This document shows, one piece after another, positions 10,539 through 21,772 of a stretch of 64,000 nucleotides of DNA; the first letter of the stretch is position 1; every line of letters starts with the position of its first letter. The DNA is from an uncultured delta proteobacterium (GTDB taxonomy: Bacteria; Desulfobacterota; WTBG01; CAIYCZ01; CAIRTM01). Made by a program: the position numbers and the translations under genes. The notes below the pieces were generated by a model. The model was not told the origin of the DNA. It saw only the letters and a list, made by a program, of their open reading frames with translations, and searched no databases. The stretch is taken from the NCBI GenBank assembly GCA_963804955.1, contig CAWDSQ010000016.1:96001-160000 (forward strand), given 5' to 3'.

Positions 10539-10888
10539 TCATCGTTTTCGCAGTATCTCCTGCCATATCCCCATGCCCCCGCAGCCGCCGCGACCCATGC
10601 CCCGGCCTCTTCCTCTGCAGCCGCCGAACGGCCTGCCCTGCTGTGCTGTCTGTCCGTGGGGTTGCCCGCGGGGCACGGTTCCGTACAGATCATAGAGCTG
10701 TCTTTGCTCCGGATCAGCCAATACGGAATAAGCCTGATTCAGGTTTTTAATATGTTCTTCCGCTGCTTCCTCCGGATTAATATCCGGATGATACTGCAGC
10801 GCCAGTGCGCGGTATGCTTTTTTTATTTCATCCGGGGTTGCGCTTTTTTCAATCTGCAGGAGCTCATAATAATCGTCGTCGCGTTCAT
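10539..10888 (-). CDS. J-domain (DnaJ) protein with Gly/Arg/Cys-rich tail; 5' frameshift
   Basis: [36 protein letters not shown]; tail [17 protein letters not shown]. Confidence 0.8.
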
Positions 10889-10935
10889 GCTGCAGCCTGT
10901 GCCTTTTAATAAGGATGATCTGGGAAAATGCCTTA

Positions 10936-11836
10936 TTAATGTGTCCAGTCCAGTATTTTGACGCCCTGGGGAATTTTTTGCCCGAGCATGCCGCGGAAGG
11001 CATCCCACATCCGGCTGATTTCCGCCGACACCTCGCCGCAGGGATGCTCGAACACCGTGTTTTTTTGCATCAGCGCAGCGACAACGCTTCGGTCATAGGG
11101 TACTTTGCCCACAACCCGTACCGATTGCTGTCGCGCAAAAATCTTCTATGATTTGAGTATTCTCGGGATTAATGTCGAACTTATTGACGCACACAGCCGC
11201 AGGTATATTGAAATGCCCGGCTGTTGCCAGCACTCGCTTGAGATCATGCAGGCCCGACAGCGTGGGCTCGGTCACTACCAGCACCAGGTCGACGCCGGTG
11301 ATCGACGCGATTACCGGGCAGCCGATGCCCGGAGGGCCGTCGATAATGACATATTCAAGACTTTTTTCTTCGGCGACCCGCCGCGCCTCCTGCCGCACGA
11401 CGCTGACCAGCTTGCCGGAATTATCTTCGGCAATGCCCAGCCGGGCATGCACCATGGGCCCGTTACGGGTCTCTGAGACAAACCAGTGGCCGGAAAGCTT
11501 ATTCACCATGGTAATGGCTTTCTCCGGACACAGGGCCGCGCAGACCCCGCAGCCCTCGCAGGAAACCGGGTCGATTTCAAGGCCGTGAATTGCGCCGAAC
11601 CGGCACAGCTCCCGGCAGGCGCCGCACTGCGTGCACAGAGATTTCTGAATAACCGCTGTTTTACCGCCGGAGAACTCTTCCGTACGCTGCACCGCCGGAT
11701 CAAGAAGAATATGCAGATCAGCGGCGTCAACATCGCAGTCGGCAAGCACCGCCTTTTCCGCAAGAGAGGACAGTGCCGCCGTGATAGTTGTTTTACCGGT
11801 TCCGCCTTTACCGCTGATAATGGTAATTTGTTTCAT
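10936..11836 (-). CDS. MinD/ParA-type P-loop ATPase with inserted ferredoxin domain (ORP ATPase); frameshift near 11100
   Basis: [60 protein letters not shown]. Confidence 0.88.
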
Positions 11837-12467
11837 CAGGCCTCCGCCGCAGTCTTTGTCCAGATATTTTTCTCGGTGCCTTCGGTTGGGTGAATTCTGA
11901 GATACACGATTTCATCGGGCTCGATTCTAATAAGGTTAAAGCGCCTGAGCGCCTTCACTAACTCTTCCTGCAGTTTGTCGGCCGGCTTCCCCCGGCGGCG
12001 AACATTTCTCCCATGACCTTCAGGGATGCGTCGTACACGCCCATGTGTTTGAGACGGTCCATAAACTCCTGCTCATGGCCGGCATAGGGCAGAAGCGTTG
12101 CCGTACCGCTTATCTGGAGGCTGCGGTTGAGCACGCTGTGATCGATGGGATGATACATGCCGACCGCCACTTTGGGATTGGAACGGATATTGCGGATTTT
12201 CAGGCCCGGTTCTCCGGCATGCCACAAAGTGAGCCCATCGGCAAAAAAATCTATGGGCGTGGCCCGCGGCAGGCCCTCGTGCACCGTGCACAGCACGCAG
12301 GCAAGGCCGTGCTTCAGGCAGCAGCCGGGCTTGTCGGTCGTGCCGGGCCTGCTGCGCGCCTCGTCGAGAAATGCGAGAATCTGCTTTTCCAGCTCCTGCC
12401 GCGGCATCGTGTTTTTATTGATATGATTGGCCAGCAGCGATTTTTCCTTCTGTGCGCTTTCGTTCAT
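11836..12467 (-). CDS. Pyridoxamine-5'-phosphate-oxidase-like split-barrel protein; frameshift near 11970
   Basis: VLCTVHEGLPRATPI..KIRNIRSNPKVAV..SLQISG; C-terminus LIRIEPDEI continues in another frame. Confidence 0.75.
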
Positions 12468-12469
12468 GC

Positions 12470-13327
12470 TCAAGTCTCCCGGGAAGATGATGTTGGGCCG
12501 CAGGCGGCGGTAATTGTTGCATGCAGTTTCAAAAATTCCTGTTTCAGCTCCGGCATGACTGCCATGACCGGCTCGCCCCGGGAATAGCCCTCGGCAATGC
12601 GGCGGTCCCAGGGAATTTTCATCAACAGGGGTATGCCCTCCTGACTGCAGTAGTTCTCCACCGCATCATCGCCGATGCCCGCGCTGTTGACGATCACGCC
12701 GAAAGGAACTTTCAGCTCGCGCACGGTTTCAACCGCCAGCTGCAAATCGTGCAGGCCAAACGGCGTGGGCTCGGTGACCAGTATGCAGTAATCGCTACCA
12801 CGAACGGTTTCGATCACCGGGCAGGAGGTTCCGGGCGGCGAGTCGAGAATAACGGTTTTAGTGCGGTCAAGGCGGCTGTGCAGCTGCCGGATAATCGGCG
12901 TTGCCATGGGATCGCCCACATTCAGAATGCCCTGCATGAAGGCCATTGACTGCGCCATGCCGCTTTCGATAACGCCGATATCCCGGGGCTTTTCCGTAAT
13001 GGCCCGCTCGGGGCAGATAATCGTGCAGCCGCCACAGCCATGGCACATGTTAGGAAACACCAGCACCCGCGTGCCGATCACAACCAGAGCATTGTAGGCG
13101 CACAGGTCGGAGCATTTGCCGCAGCCGCTGCATTTTGTTTCGTCTACTTCAGGCACCAGCATGGTCACCGGTGTTTTTTCAGCGATCGCGGGACGCAGAA
13201 AAATAGCGGCATTGGGCTCCTCGACATCGCAGTCGGCAAACTGAACCCCGTCAAGCGAAAGAGCAAGGCTGACCGCCACGGTCGTTTTGCCCGTTCCGCC
13301 CTTGCCGCTGGCAACTGCAATAATCAT
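12470..13327 (-). CDS. MinD/ParA-type P-loop ATPase with inserted ferredoxin domain (ORP ATPase)
   Basis: [59 protein letters not shown]. Confidence 0.9.
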   Translation of the reverse strand: MIIAVASGKGGTGKTTVAVSLALSLDGVQFADCDVEEPNAAIFLRPAIAEKTPVTMLVPEVDETKCSGCGKCSDLCAYNALVVIGTRVLVFPNMCHGCGGCTIICPERAITEKPRDIGVIESGMAQSMAFMQGILNVGDPMATPIIRQLHSRLDRTKTVILDSPPGTSCPVIETVRGSDYCILVTEPTPFGLHDLQLAVETVRELKVPFGVIVNSAGIGDDAVENYCSQEGIPLLMKIPWDRRIAEGYSRGEPVMAVMPELKQEFLKLHATITAACGPTSSSRET

Positions 13328-13722
13328 GCACAGCCCCCCTTGCCGCTGCAGGAGCCGGAGCTGCTGCCGGCATGGGCCTCTGCCGTTGGCGCGCCCACTG
13401 CCTGAAGTTTTCCGCCCTTGAACAGATCGACAGCATTCTGAGCGGTTCCGGAAATACCGGTATATATTTTAATGCCTGCGGCATTAAGTACGGCAAAAGC
13501 ATTAGGACCGATATTTCCGGTCAAAACAGCCTGCACCCCCTTGTTAATGACAAGCTGCGCCGCTTTGGTGCCGGCGCCGCCCCCGGCTGTTGCCGCCGGA
13601 TTCACGGCGCACTCAAAAGCACCGGTATCGCTGTCGATAATAATATAGTTCGTCGCCCTGCCGAACCGCGGATCAATATCCGCGTTAAGGTTCTGTCCAG
13701 TTGAAGAAATGCACAGTTTCAT
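13324..13722 (-). CDS. NifB/NifX (MTH1175) family protein, Orange-protein-like
   Basis: IDPRFGRA, GGGAGTKAAQ, LTGNIGPNAF, AEAHAG tail. Confidence 0.88.
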   Translation of the reverse strand: MKLCISSTGQNLNADIDPRFGRATNYIIIDSDTGAFECAVNPAATAGGGAGTKAAQLVINKGVQAVLTGNIGPNAFAVLNAAGIKIYTGISGTAQNAVDLFKGGKLQAVGAPTAEAHAGSSSGSCSGKGGCA

Positions 13723-13747
13723 AGCCTACCACCTTTCAGTTTGTGCC

Positions 13748-14328
13748 CTATATATTCCATTCGTAGCTGCGCATGGAAAAATCAGGCAGATATTCTTTAA
13801 GGATTATTTTATCCGGGATAATTTTTATAAAGCTGCAGGCATGAGTGTTTTTGACGATAAACTGCTCGGCAGCCTCTGCCCGCAAATTCTGCTCGCGTAC
13901 CAGCGGAGTGAGCAGGCTTCGCATAACAGTATCGAGGTTCCACTTTTTCAGCTTGGCCCTGAACAGGCGCGGATCGGAGCGCATGGTGATCAGCTCTGCC
14001 TCGCCGAATATCTGAAGGCTGGGCTGCGTTTTGCGGTGATCAAGGGGCTGCTCATAGATGAATGCCGACACGCGGGGGTTGCGCTTGATATTGGCGATCT
14101 TGGCGCCCGGGCCGCCCAGAATATAGAGCGTGAGCCCTTCGTTAAAAAATTCCAGGGCAGTGGCTCGCGGCATGTCCTTATAGGAGGTTGCCAGCACCAG
14201 GGCGTTGCGGTGAATCATGCCGCAACCGTGTTTGCCCGGCTTCGGGTCAGGCAGGCCCGAGGTAGCTTCAGCACGTCAAGAATCTTTTTTTTCACCAAAG
14301 CCTTCGACGGCTGTTTTTGATTTTTCAT
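13748..14328 (-). CDS. Pyridoxamine-5'-phosphate-oxidase-like split-barrel protein; 5' frameshift
   Basis: LVLATSYKDMPRATALEF..KIANIKRNPRVS..SLQIFG..IKIIPDKI; start MKNQKQ at 14328. Confidence 0.75.
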
Positions 14329-14390
14329 ACGTGGTTGTCTCCTTCAATTGTTGTAAGGTGTGCGTTCGCCCCAAGGGCGTCCCCTGCGCC

Positions 14391-15472
14391 TTATTCCGAA
14401 AAAAAATGCATCTGATCGCTGCAGATTTGAACATGGCGCAATATATCGTCCAGACTTTCCGTGTAATATTGCAGCGCATCGCCTCCTTCACGCAGCGCGC
14501 GCGCTATTGCCGCACCACAGCGGTAGCCTGAATCCATCGCAACGTCGATAGATGCATCGTTGAGGTATCTGAAACCACCTGCTTCGCCCGCCAGCAGCAC
14601 CCTGCCGCTGCCTGGATTCGGCGGCCACATCTTGATGATGCACCCCTCCACGCGCTCCTGAGGCCCGAGCTACACCTTGAAGTTTTCCCGGAGAAAACCC
14701 TTGAAGGCCTCCATGCGGCCGCGCACATCATCGCCCCTGAAGCCTCCGACGCAGGGCACAAGCCAAGCATCCTTGCGGTGCACGCAGCAGAGCAGTCGGC
14801 AACGCTTTTTTCAAAAAACACATGCCAGCAGCCGTCGCGCAGGTCGCCACTATCGACAATCGGACAATACTCCTGATAGTAACTCACCTCGGGCGTTGCC
14901 TCCCACACCTCCGGCGCGAGCGCCCTGCGCACTGCTGAGGCGCTGCCGTCGGCGCCGACCAGATAGTCACACTGTATCGTCCGGTTCGGATCACCCTTTC
15001 CGCCGGGGTTCAGTAGCTTGGGATCGCGCAGAAAAAGGTCGACATTGACCTGTTCCCTGTCGGCAGCACAGCCGCGAAACACGCTGTTTTCCCTGAGCGC
15101 GGCTCCGGACTGCTTCACCAGCCAGTGGTCAAATGTGCTGCGCCAGGCATTAAGATAGGTCTGCGGGAATGCATGGCCGTCTTTGGGTATCTCCCAGAAA
15201 TATTGAACAAAGCCTTTATCATGCTTCCATTCGATAATCTGCGACGCATGGATTATTTTCGGCTCACAGTAAACATCCTCCGGCGGCATTGCACCGAAGT
15301 ATTTCGGCAGCAGCTCCTGGGTTTGCCCGAACAAAACACCCGAACAGTTTTTATGCCGCGGCAGCGATTCCTTTTCGATAAGAAGCGCCTGAATACCCGC
15401 GTCATGCAAAGCCTTTGCGCACGATGCGCCTGCAGGCCCGGCGCCGATAATGACAACCTGCTGCTTTTCCAT
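14391..15472 (-). CDS. FAD-dependent oxidoreductase, geranylgeranyl-reductase family; frameshifted
   Basis: IIGAGPAG Rossmann motif, RHKNCSG, LVGADG, VLLAGEAGG. Confidence 0.8.
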
Positions 15473-15538
15473 AGAGCCTCCTTTATGGCCTACTTCCGGT
15501 AATGTCCAATCTGCATTTTTAGACTGAAGAAAGATGCC

Positions 15539-15582
15539 AGATCATATTCCCCCCGTAACCGGAGTCCGGGGGAATATGATCT
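15539..15582. terminator. 15-bp inverted repeat hairpin between genes (terminator or mRNA stabiliser)
   Basis: AGATCATATTCCCCC ... GGGGGAATATGATCT; no clear U-tract. Confidence 0.5.
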
Positions 15583-15596
15583 CCCGGCATGCTTTT

Positions 15597-15945
15597 TCAA
15601 AATCTTCGCACTTCGTTTTTTGGAAGGCTGCCTGCCTTGAATTTTTCAAGGGCCTCCTGCACTGAAAGACCTGGAGGAGCACTGTACATTGTAACTCCGG
15701 CTGCCTTCAGCACTTCATAGGCATTCGGGCCCACCTTGCCGCTTATCACAGCCTTGACCCCATGATTAAACAGGGCCTGCGCGCAGGCCGTGCCGGCGCC
15801 GGTGGCAGCCTCAGCCGAGTCATTTTTTATGGCAGACGCTTTCGCCCGTTTCCGTATCAACAAGAACAAAATAATCGCATCTGCCGAAAAGCCCGTGGGT
15901 CTGCGCAGCCAGGCTGTCGCCGCATGCTGAAATTGCAATTTTCAT
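15597..15945 (-). CDS. NifB/NifX family protein; frameshifted
   Basis: MKIAIS..GLFGRCDYFVLVD joined to GAGTACAQ..ISGKVGPNAY. Confidence 0.85.
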
Positions 15946-15958
15946 AGAGCCGCCTTTC

Positions 15959-16357
15959 TCAGTGTCCGCCGCAGCTGTCGCCATGGTCATGGGCGCAGGC
16001 AGAGGTTCCGCTGACTTTTCCCGCAAGATAGGCTTTCAGAACATTGCCAACCTGGCCGCCGACACCCGTTGCAACCTCGATACCAAAGCCATTGAACATA
16101 TCGATAGCCTTGGGTCCCATGCCGCCGGCTATCATGACATTGACATTCTGTTTTTTAATAAACTCGGGAACTGCACCGGGCACATGGCCGTTGAAAAACG
16201 GATTGGCAACCGGGTCGACCTTCTTCACTTCCGTGCCCTCGACATCCACCATCATAAAATACGGGCAGCGGCCAAAGTGCCCGCTCATTTCAGACTCAAG
16301 ACCCTTGTTTTCTTCGCAGGCAAAAGCTATTTTTTTCATGTTCCAGTTCTCCTTCAT
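15959..16357 (-). CDS. NifB/NifX family protein with His/Cys tail
   Basis: SGHFGRCPYF, IAGGMGPKA, tail CAHDHGDSCGGH. Confidence 0.88.
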   Translation of the reverse strand: MKENWNMKKIAFACEENKGLESEMSGHFGRCPYFMMVDVEGTEVKKVDPVANPFFNGHVPGAVPEFIKKQNVNVMIAGGMGPKAIDMFNGFGIEVATGVGGQVGNVLKAYLAGKVSGTSACAHDHGDSCGGH

Positions 16358-16381
16358 GATTAAATAAGTGTGTATCTTGTT

Positions 16382-17284
16382 TTATTGCTTATTAATAATT
16401 TCCAGCCACGCATCGGTAATGCCGTTAAATGCTGCTGTGGCCGGCGACTCGGGATGAGCAGAGACAAAAGGCTTGCCCTCGTCTCCGCACAGAACCATGG
16501 CCGGGTCAAGCGGAACGCGCCCCAGAAACGGCACTTTCATCTTTTTTGCTATCTTCTCGCCGCCGCCGGTTTTAAATAAATCTATGGTCTTGCCGCAGTG
16601 CGGGCACAGCATGCCGCTCATGTTTTCCACAACGCCGATTGTGGGAATTTTAAGCTCCTTGCAGAATGAGATGCTCTTTTTCGAATCAAGCAGGGCTACG
16701 TCCTGCGGCGTAGTGACAATGACCGCTCCGTCGACCTTGCCGATCAGGTGGGAAATGCTCAGCGCCTCATCGCCCGTGCCCGGCGGCAGATCAATAATAA
16801 GATAATCAAGAGCGCCCCAGTGCACTTCGCCCAGAAACTGCTTCATCACGCCATGCTTCATGGGGCCCCGCCAGATGACGGCGTGATCTTCATTCTGCAG
16901 AAAAAAACCGATCGACATAACATGTAGATTTTCCGCTGCGGCGATGGGCAGGATGCCGTCAACCGGGCCCGGCGCTGACTCAGGCCGCTCAGCATCAATG
17001 CCAAGCATCTTGGGGATATTCGGCCCGTGGATGTCGGCATCAAGAATTCCCACTTTTTTGCCCCTCAGGGCAAGAATTGCCGCGAGGTTCACCGCTACCG
17101 AGCTTTTGCCCACGCCGCCCTTGCCGCTTAAAACCATAAACTTTTTACCGATGGACCCCATGGCCGTGTCGATCAGACGCTGTGCGCGGCGTTCTTTTTC
17201 ATCCTGCGAGCAGGTGGCTGCCGTATCGCAGGACTGGCATCCGGTAGTGCTTGTGCATTCTGTACTCATTCCTTCGTTCTCCAT
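16382..17284 (-). CDS. mrp: Mrp/NBP35 (ApbC) Fe-S carrier ATPase
   Basis: SGKGGVGKS, DADIHGP, IWRGP, DLPPGTGD, ENMS..CPHC; N-terminal Cys cluster. Confidence 0.92.
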   Translation of the reverse strand: MENEGMSTECTSTTGCQSCDTAATCSQDEKERRAQRLIDTAMGSIGKKFMVLSGKGGVGKSSVAVNLAAILALRGKKVGILDADIHGPNIPKMLGIDAERPESAPGPVDGILPIAAAENLHVMSIGFFLQNEDHAVIWRGPMKHGVMKQFLGEVHWGALDYLIIDLPPGTGDEALSISHLIGKVDGAVIVTTPQDVALLDSKKSISFCKELKIPTIGVVENMSGMLCPHCGKTIDLFKTGGGEKIAKKMKVPFLGRVPLDPAMVLCGDEGKPFVSAHPESPATAAFNGITDAWLEIINKQ

Positions 17285-17285
17285 T

Positions 17286-17900
17286 CTATTTGGTATTGTG
17301 TGAAACAGATTTTTCCATTTCAGAAAAATTTCTTTTAATGATGCTTTTTGTTTCATCGACTATTTCAGCCTCCGTTCTGCCGCGCGTGAGCACGGCGCCA
17401 TATCCTTTAAGGTGCATGCCCTGAGCCGCCAGAAAGTGCCTGACGGCCTGCTCGTCTTTTTCGCCGTAGTTGCCCTGATGCGTTACGATTGCATAGACAT
17501 CCTTTCCCGCCAGGCGCCGGTGATCCAGAAATGTGCGCATGGGCGAGGCCAGCCGGTGTATCCAGATAGGGCTGGCTATGATAATCGGGTTATACTGCGA
17601 GGCATCAAGCGTTCACCGGCCCGGGCAGGTCATCGCGGTCAAACAGCTGATCGATGACGCAGTTGACTTTCCAGAGGCCCGTGCGCTCCCGTCTTCGACG
17701 TGAGTTCCAGCCGCTCGCAGCCAAAAGCGCTGCCAAGCTCCGCAGCAACAATGCTGGTGTTGCCCGTGAGGGAATAAAAAATAATCAGCGGACGCCAGGT
17801 CGCTTCCGGATCTGCCCCTGCGCCAATGCTGGAGCCGGGCCAACACATATACGCGAGAAGTGCCGTAAAAAACAGAAGCAGGATACAGCTGTTTTTTCAT
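17286..17900 (-). CDS. Exported flavodoxin-like protein, multiply frameshifted
   Basis: Signal-like N-terminus; IFYSLTGNT flavodoxin loop; ..PMRTFL.. Confidence 0.55.
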
Positions 17901-18942
17901 GCAGCGTCTCTCTTGATATGCGGTCGCGGTTCAAACGGAATCTCGCCCAGGGCCATCCGGGCAAGATCAGTAATAAAAATCGGCGCAAGACCTGCGGCCA
18001 TGCACGCCTGGCTCATGAAAGCATAGCAGCTCGGGCATCCAAAAACCATGGCTTCGGCGCCATGCTGCAGCGCATCGGCAATATTTTCAGCGACCATGTC
18101 GGTGCTTGTTTCGGGAAATTTTTCCGTAAGGCCGATACCGCAGCACAAAGCGTTCATGCCGTCATAGCGCCGTTGCACCCGTTCTGACTCCTGCCAGCCT
18201 GAAAAAACATCTTACAAACCGCATCGGTCCAGGGCGCAAGCCTGGAGATGCACGGCCGCTGAAAGGCGATTTTTTTGCCGAGCCTTTTAAGTGAAGCTCT
18301 TTTCTCGCCAGCAGCACGGCCAAGCCAGTCGGCAAGGTGCACCGCGCGTGAAGGGCACCTCAATGCCATAGCCGGGAGCGAGCACCGCGGCCATGACATA
18401 GCAGTCGTCATGGGCAAAAACTATCTCCTGCCTGCCAAGGCCGGCAAGGTTTTCGATAAAACCAGCGGCATGCTTCCCGTGTCAGCGACGGCATGCCCGT
18501 ATGCAGATGCACGACGCGGGAATAATACGGACTGCCGCTTATAATAGTGAGGTTTTCAAAGAGCTGGCTGGCGGCCATATTCGGCGGCAGCGCATGTTCC
18601 ATGACACAGAGCGACAGCGGCAGGCAGTGCTGTGTCACCGACGACAATGCGCTTAGGCACACTGTCAAGCATGGCTTCGATCATTTCGGCCCGGCCTCGG
18701 ACAGCAACTCTGACGCCGTAACGCTCCTGCAGGCGGCTGATCAGATCGAAAGGGTCTGCCTCGTTGGGGCAGTATTCATTGCAGGCCATGCAGGTAATGC
18801 AGACCGACAGAATATCGGCGTTATCGCCCTGTTTCAGCGCCCTGATTTCAGCAATCGCCTTTTCCGACGTATACTGAACAGTCGGGCACTGCGTAAGGCA
18901 TACGCCGCATTCCGTACAGCTGTCCGTATCAAACATGAGCAA
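17897..18942 (-). CDS. Fe-S oxidoreductase (ferredoxin + cysteine-rich CCG domain, HdrB/GlcF-like); frameshifted
   Basis: CTECGVCLTQCP, CITCMACNEYCP, QRPC, LCCG, CPSC across successive ORFs. Confidence 0.75.
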
Positions 18943-19376
18943 TCCCGTTTCTTTAATGACGCAGCCTGCTCCATGCGGCCTTTACCAAACCCGTGACCTT
19001 CGCCACCTGTTCCATCACGCACATCGGGCTGTATCACAAAAGCAAACAAAAAATAAAATGCACAGCACCAAAAAAATGACTGCGGTAATTTGTGCTCTTC
19101 TATCCGTGATCATGGTGCGGGCCATGTTTAAAATCCAGCCCAGATGAAGCACATAGGCACCGCCAGCAGCACAATCAGCGCAAAGGCAACCCACAGATGC
19201 AGCGTTCTCCATTCGTGCCGTTCAAGGCCAAGAAAAAACAGATCATCATTTCTGCCCATTAAACGGCAAAGCTATCCTTGCCGGGGAGAGCACAAATTTC
19301 ATCAAGAGATGCCTGTTCCGGCGAACCGCCAGCATCAGGCGTCAACAATGCAATTGGTTTGCGCTTTTCCCGCCAT
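18930..19376 (-). CDS. DUF4405-like membrane protein (His-rich, cytochrome-b-like); frameshifted
   Basis: SD GGAGG + MAGKAQTNCIVDA; stitched frames give FFLGLERHEWRTLHLW..VLHLGWI..; ends approximate. Confidence 0.5.
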
Positions 19377-19539
19377 GATCGCCTCCACAAAAAAAAGGAT
19401 TGGGGAGCCTGCAACCGGCTACCAGCAGGGTGGGCAATGAAATCAATATTGTTGAAACATGGAGGATGTTCAAATCCCGATTAATCTCATTGTATATGCG
19501 CCGCTAATCTAAATGCAGGCTCCCCGGGTGAGGGAATCG

Positions 19540-19827
19540 TCAGCCGTTTTTCGCGATGCATGCCTCAATGCGGTTGCGCACCTCGGCAAGCTCCTGCTCA
19601 AGAGCAGCGGCTCTGTTTTTCAGGTTCTGCTCTGTGGCGTTCTTCACCGGCCCACGGCCGCCACCGAACGCACGGCCTCTGCCGCCGCCCCGGGGCGCAT
19701 AGCCGCGGCCTGCGCCGCGCACGTCATCTGCACTGCCCGCTGGTGTCGCGCCGGTAAAGCACGGTCCTCTGCGTCCGCCTGTTCCCGGGCCTGCGCCCTG
19801 TGGTCCTTTTCCATCTCTTCCCGGCAT
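19540..19827 (-). CDS. DUF5320-like Gly/Arg-rich protein with C-terminal coiled coil
   Basis: MPGRDGKGPQGAGPGTGGRRGPC..GRGRAFGGGRG..LKNRAAALEQELAEVRNRI. Confidence 0.75.
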   Translation of the reverse strand: MPGRDGKGPQGAGPGTGGRRGPCFTGATPAGSADDVRGAGRGYAPRGGGRGRAFGGGRGPVKNATEQNLKNRAAALEQELAEVRNRIEACIAKNG

Positions 19828-19840
19828 AGTATGCCTCCTT

Positions 19841-20231
19841 TCAGGAATAGGTGACTGTTTTTTTGCTTTTGCCCGGCCCGCGGCGGCAGCGATGCCGCTT
19901 GGGGCACAGCCAGGTGCCCGGCGCCAGTCGTTTGCTTAAAAACTGCTCCAGCGCGTCACGGGCCTCTCCCGTCACCCAGGAGATGACATTGACTGCCTGC
20001 TCGGCAAGCATGCGCTCGGCAATATTTGATATGCCGCCGCAGATGAGCGTATCGATCTCAAGGGATTTGAGATACTGTATGCGCTGCAGCTCATCGGTCT
20101 GCCCCAGCGCTATTTCCCGCGACTGAGCAACTTCGCCGTTTTCAATTTCAACCAGCAGCGCCATAGTCGGCATATGTGAAATGCGGCGATATACGCGTTC
20201 CGAACAGGGGAATAGCGATCTTTCTTTTCAT
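19841..20231 (-). CDS. NifB/NifX family protein, first gene after the sigma54 promoter; 5' frameshift
   Basis: MKRKIAIPLFGTRISPHF joined to LLVEIENGEV..IDTLICGGI. Confidence 0.8.
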
Positions 20232-20244
20232 GCTATTCAATAAT

Positions 20245-20261
20245 TGCAATAGGCGTGCCAA
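20245..20261 (-). promoter_or_regulatory. sigma54 -24/-12 promoter of the ORP-like operon
   Basis: TTGGCACGCCTATTGCA matches the TGGCAC-N5-TTGC consensus. Confidence 0.85.
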
Positions 20262-20345
20262 GAGACTTTCAGTGAAAATGATGTGGATTTGTAGAAGGTT
20301 GGAAAAAGGGACTTGCAAAAGTCAGGCTTGAGACTATTGCATTAG

Positions 20346-20380
20346 TGCATTATTGCAATGCAATGTATTGCAATAATGCA
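20346..20380. promoter_or_regulatory. 35-bp near-perfect palindrome, candidate upstream activator site
   Basis: TGCATTATTGCAATGCA-A-TGTATTGCAATAATGCA (1 mismatch), about 85-120 bp upstream of the sigma54 site. Confidence 0.65.
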
Positions 20381-20381
20381 A

Positions 20382-21763
20382 TTATGGCGCCGGTATCCCG
20401 AGCCGCTTCATTTTGCGCCACAGCGTTGCCTTGTCGATGCCCAGTTCACGGGCCGTATTGCCACGGTGATTATCATGTTTCTTGAGAGTATCAAGAATCA
20501 CCTGTGCTTCGGCTTTTTTAAAGCATGGAGGCATCTTCAGAGCCGGGAGCGGCCGCCGGAGAAACGCTTTTTTCCAGTATGTCGGCAGGCAGGTGTTCAA
20601 TAGTGATGATCGTGTCGCGGCAAAGCACAAAGGCATGCTCAATGATGTTTTCAAGCTCTCTGATATTGCCCGGGAAACTCATACCGCATGAACAGGCGCA
20701 AGCACCTCTGGCGAAACGCCGGTTATACGCCTGCCGGTGCGCACATTGAACCGGTTGATAAAATGCTCGACCAATAAGAGGTATGTCTTCGCGCCGCTCA
20801 GCCAGGCGGCGGCAGGGTCAATTTTATGACATTAATGCGGTAGTACAGATCTTCGCGAAATTTTCCTTCGGCCATAAGGGCGGCAAGATCGCTATTGGTT
20901 GCGGCAATAATTCGCGCATCGGATTTAATGGGTTTAGTTGACCCCAGAGGCTCATATTCTCCCTCCTGCAGCACGCGCAGCAGCTTTACCTGCAGGGGCA
21001 GGGGCAGGTCTCCGATTTCATCCAGAAACAGGGTGCCGCCTTGAGCTCGGGCAAACCTTCCCAGCTTATCCGCCTTTGCATCGGTGAAGGCGCCCTTGCA
21101 GTAGCCGAACAGCTCAGATTCAAGCAGCGTACCGGGCAGAGCGCCGCAGTTGACCGCCACATACGGGCCTGCGGCCCGGCTGCTGCAGTTATGAATGGCA
21201 CGCGCAAACAGCTCTTTGCCCGTGCCGCTGGCGCCCCTGTATGAGGACGGTGCTTGAGCTTTGGGCGATATCGGGCAGCACGCCGAACAGCTTTACGATC
21301 TCATGGTTTTTGCTGATGATATCGCCGAAGCAATACTGGCGGCTCAGTTCCCGGCGCATATCCTCGATGGCCGACAGGTCGCGGAATGTTTCCACGCCGC
21401 CCACGATATCGCCCGCGATCGTTTTTCAGCACGGCCGTGCTCACGCTTATGGGCACGGTTTTCCCCTTTGATGTTCAAAATAGAAACCGGCAGATCGATC
21501 ATCGATTTGCCGGTTTTGAGGGTCTTCTCCATGGCGCAGCGGCCCTGGCAGATATTGGCGTGAAACACGTCAAAGCATTTCCGCCCGATGGCCTGCTCGC
21601 GTTTGACGCCCGTGATCTGCTCTGCGGCACGGTTGAACGAGGTGATATCACGGTCAAGGTTTATGGTAAAAACACCATCCGCGATACTGTTGAGAATCGT
21701 TTCAAGCTGCGGGTTTTTTCGTGCGCATAGTCTTTTAATGGCAACCGTGCGACGCGCAGGCAT
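20382..21763 (-). CDS. orpR: OrpR-like PAS-AAA+-Fis sigma54 activator; several frameshifts
   Basis: PAS with C-x8-C-x3-C ([14 protein letters not shown]); [37 protein letters not shown]. Confidence 0.8.
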
Positions 21764-21772
21764 TGTTTACGG

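Noticed and set aside
19335..19376. Selenocysteine readthrough of TGA after MAGKAQTNCIVDA
   Set aside because: Homology continues in a different frame (DUF4405-like), so this is an indel; no in-frame TGA at a conserved Cys was noticed in the genes I stitched
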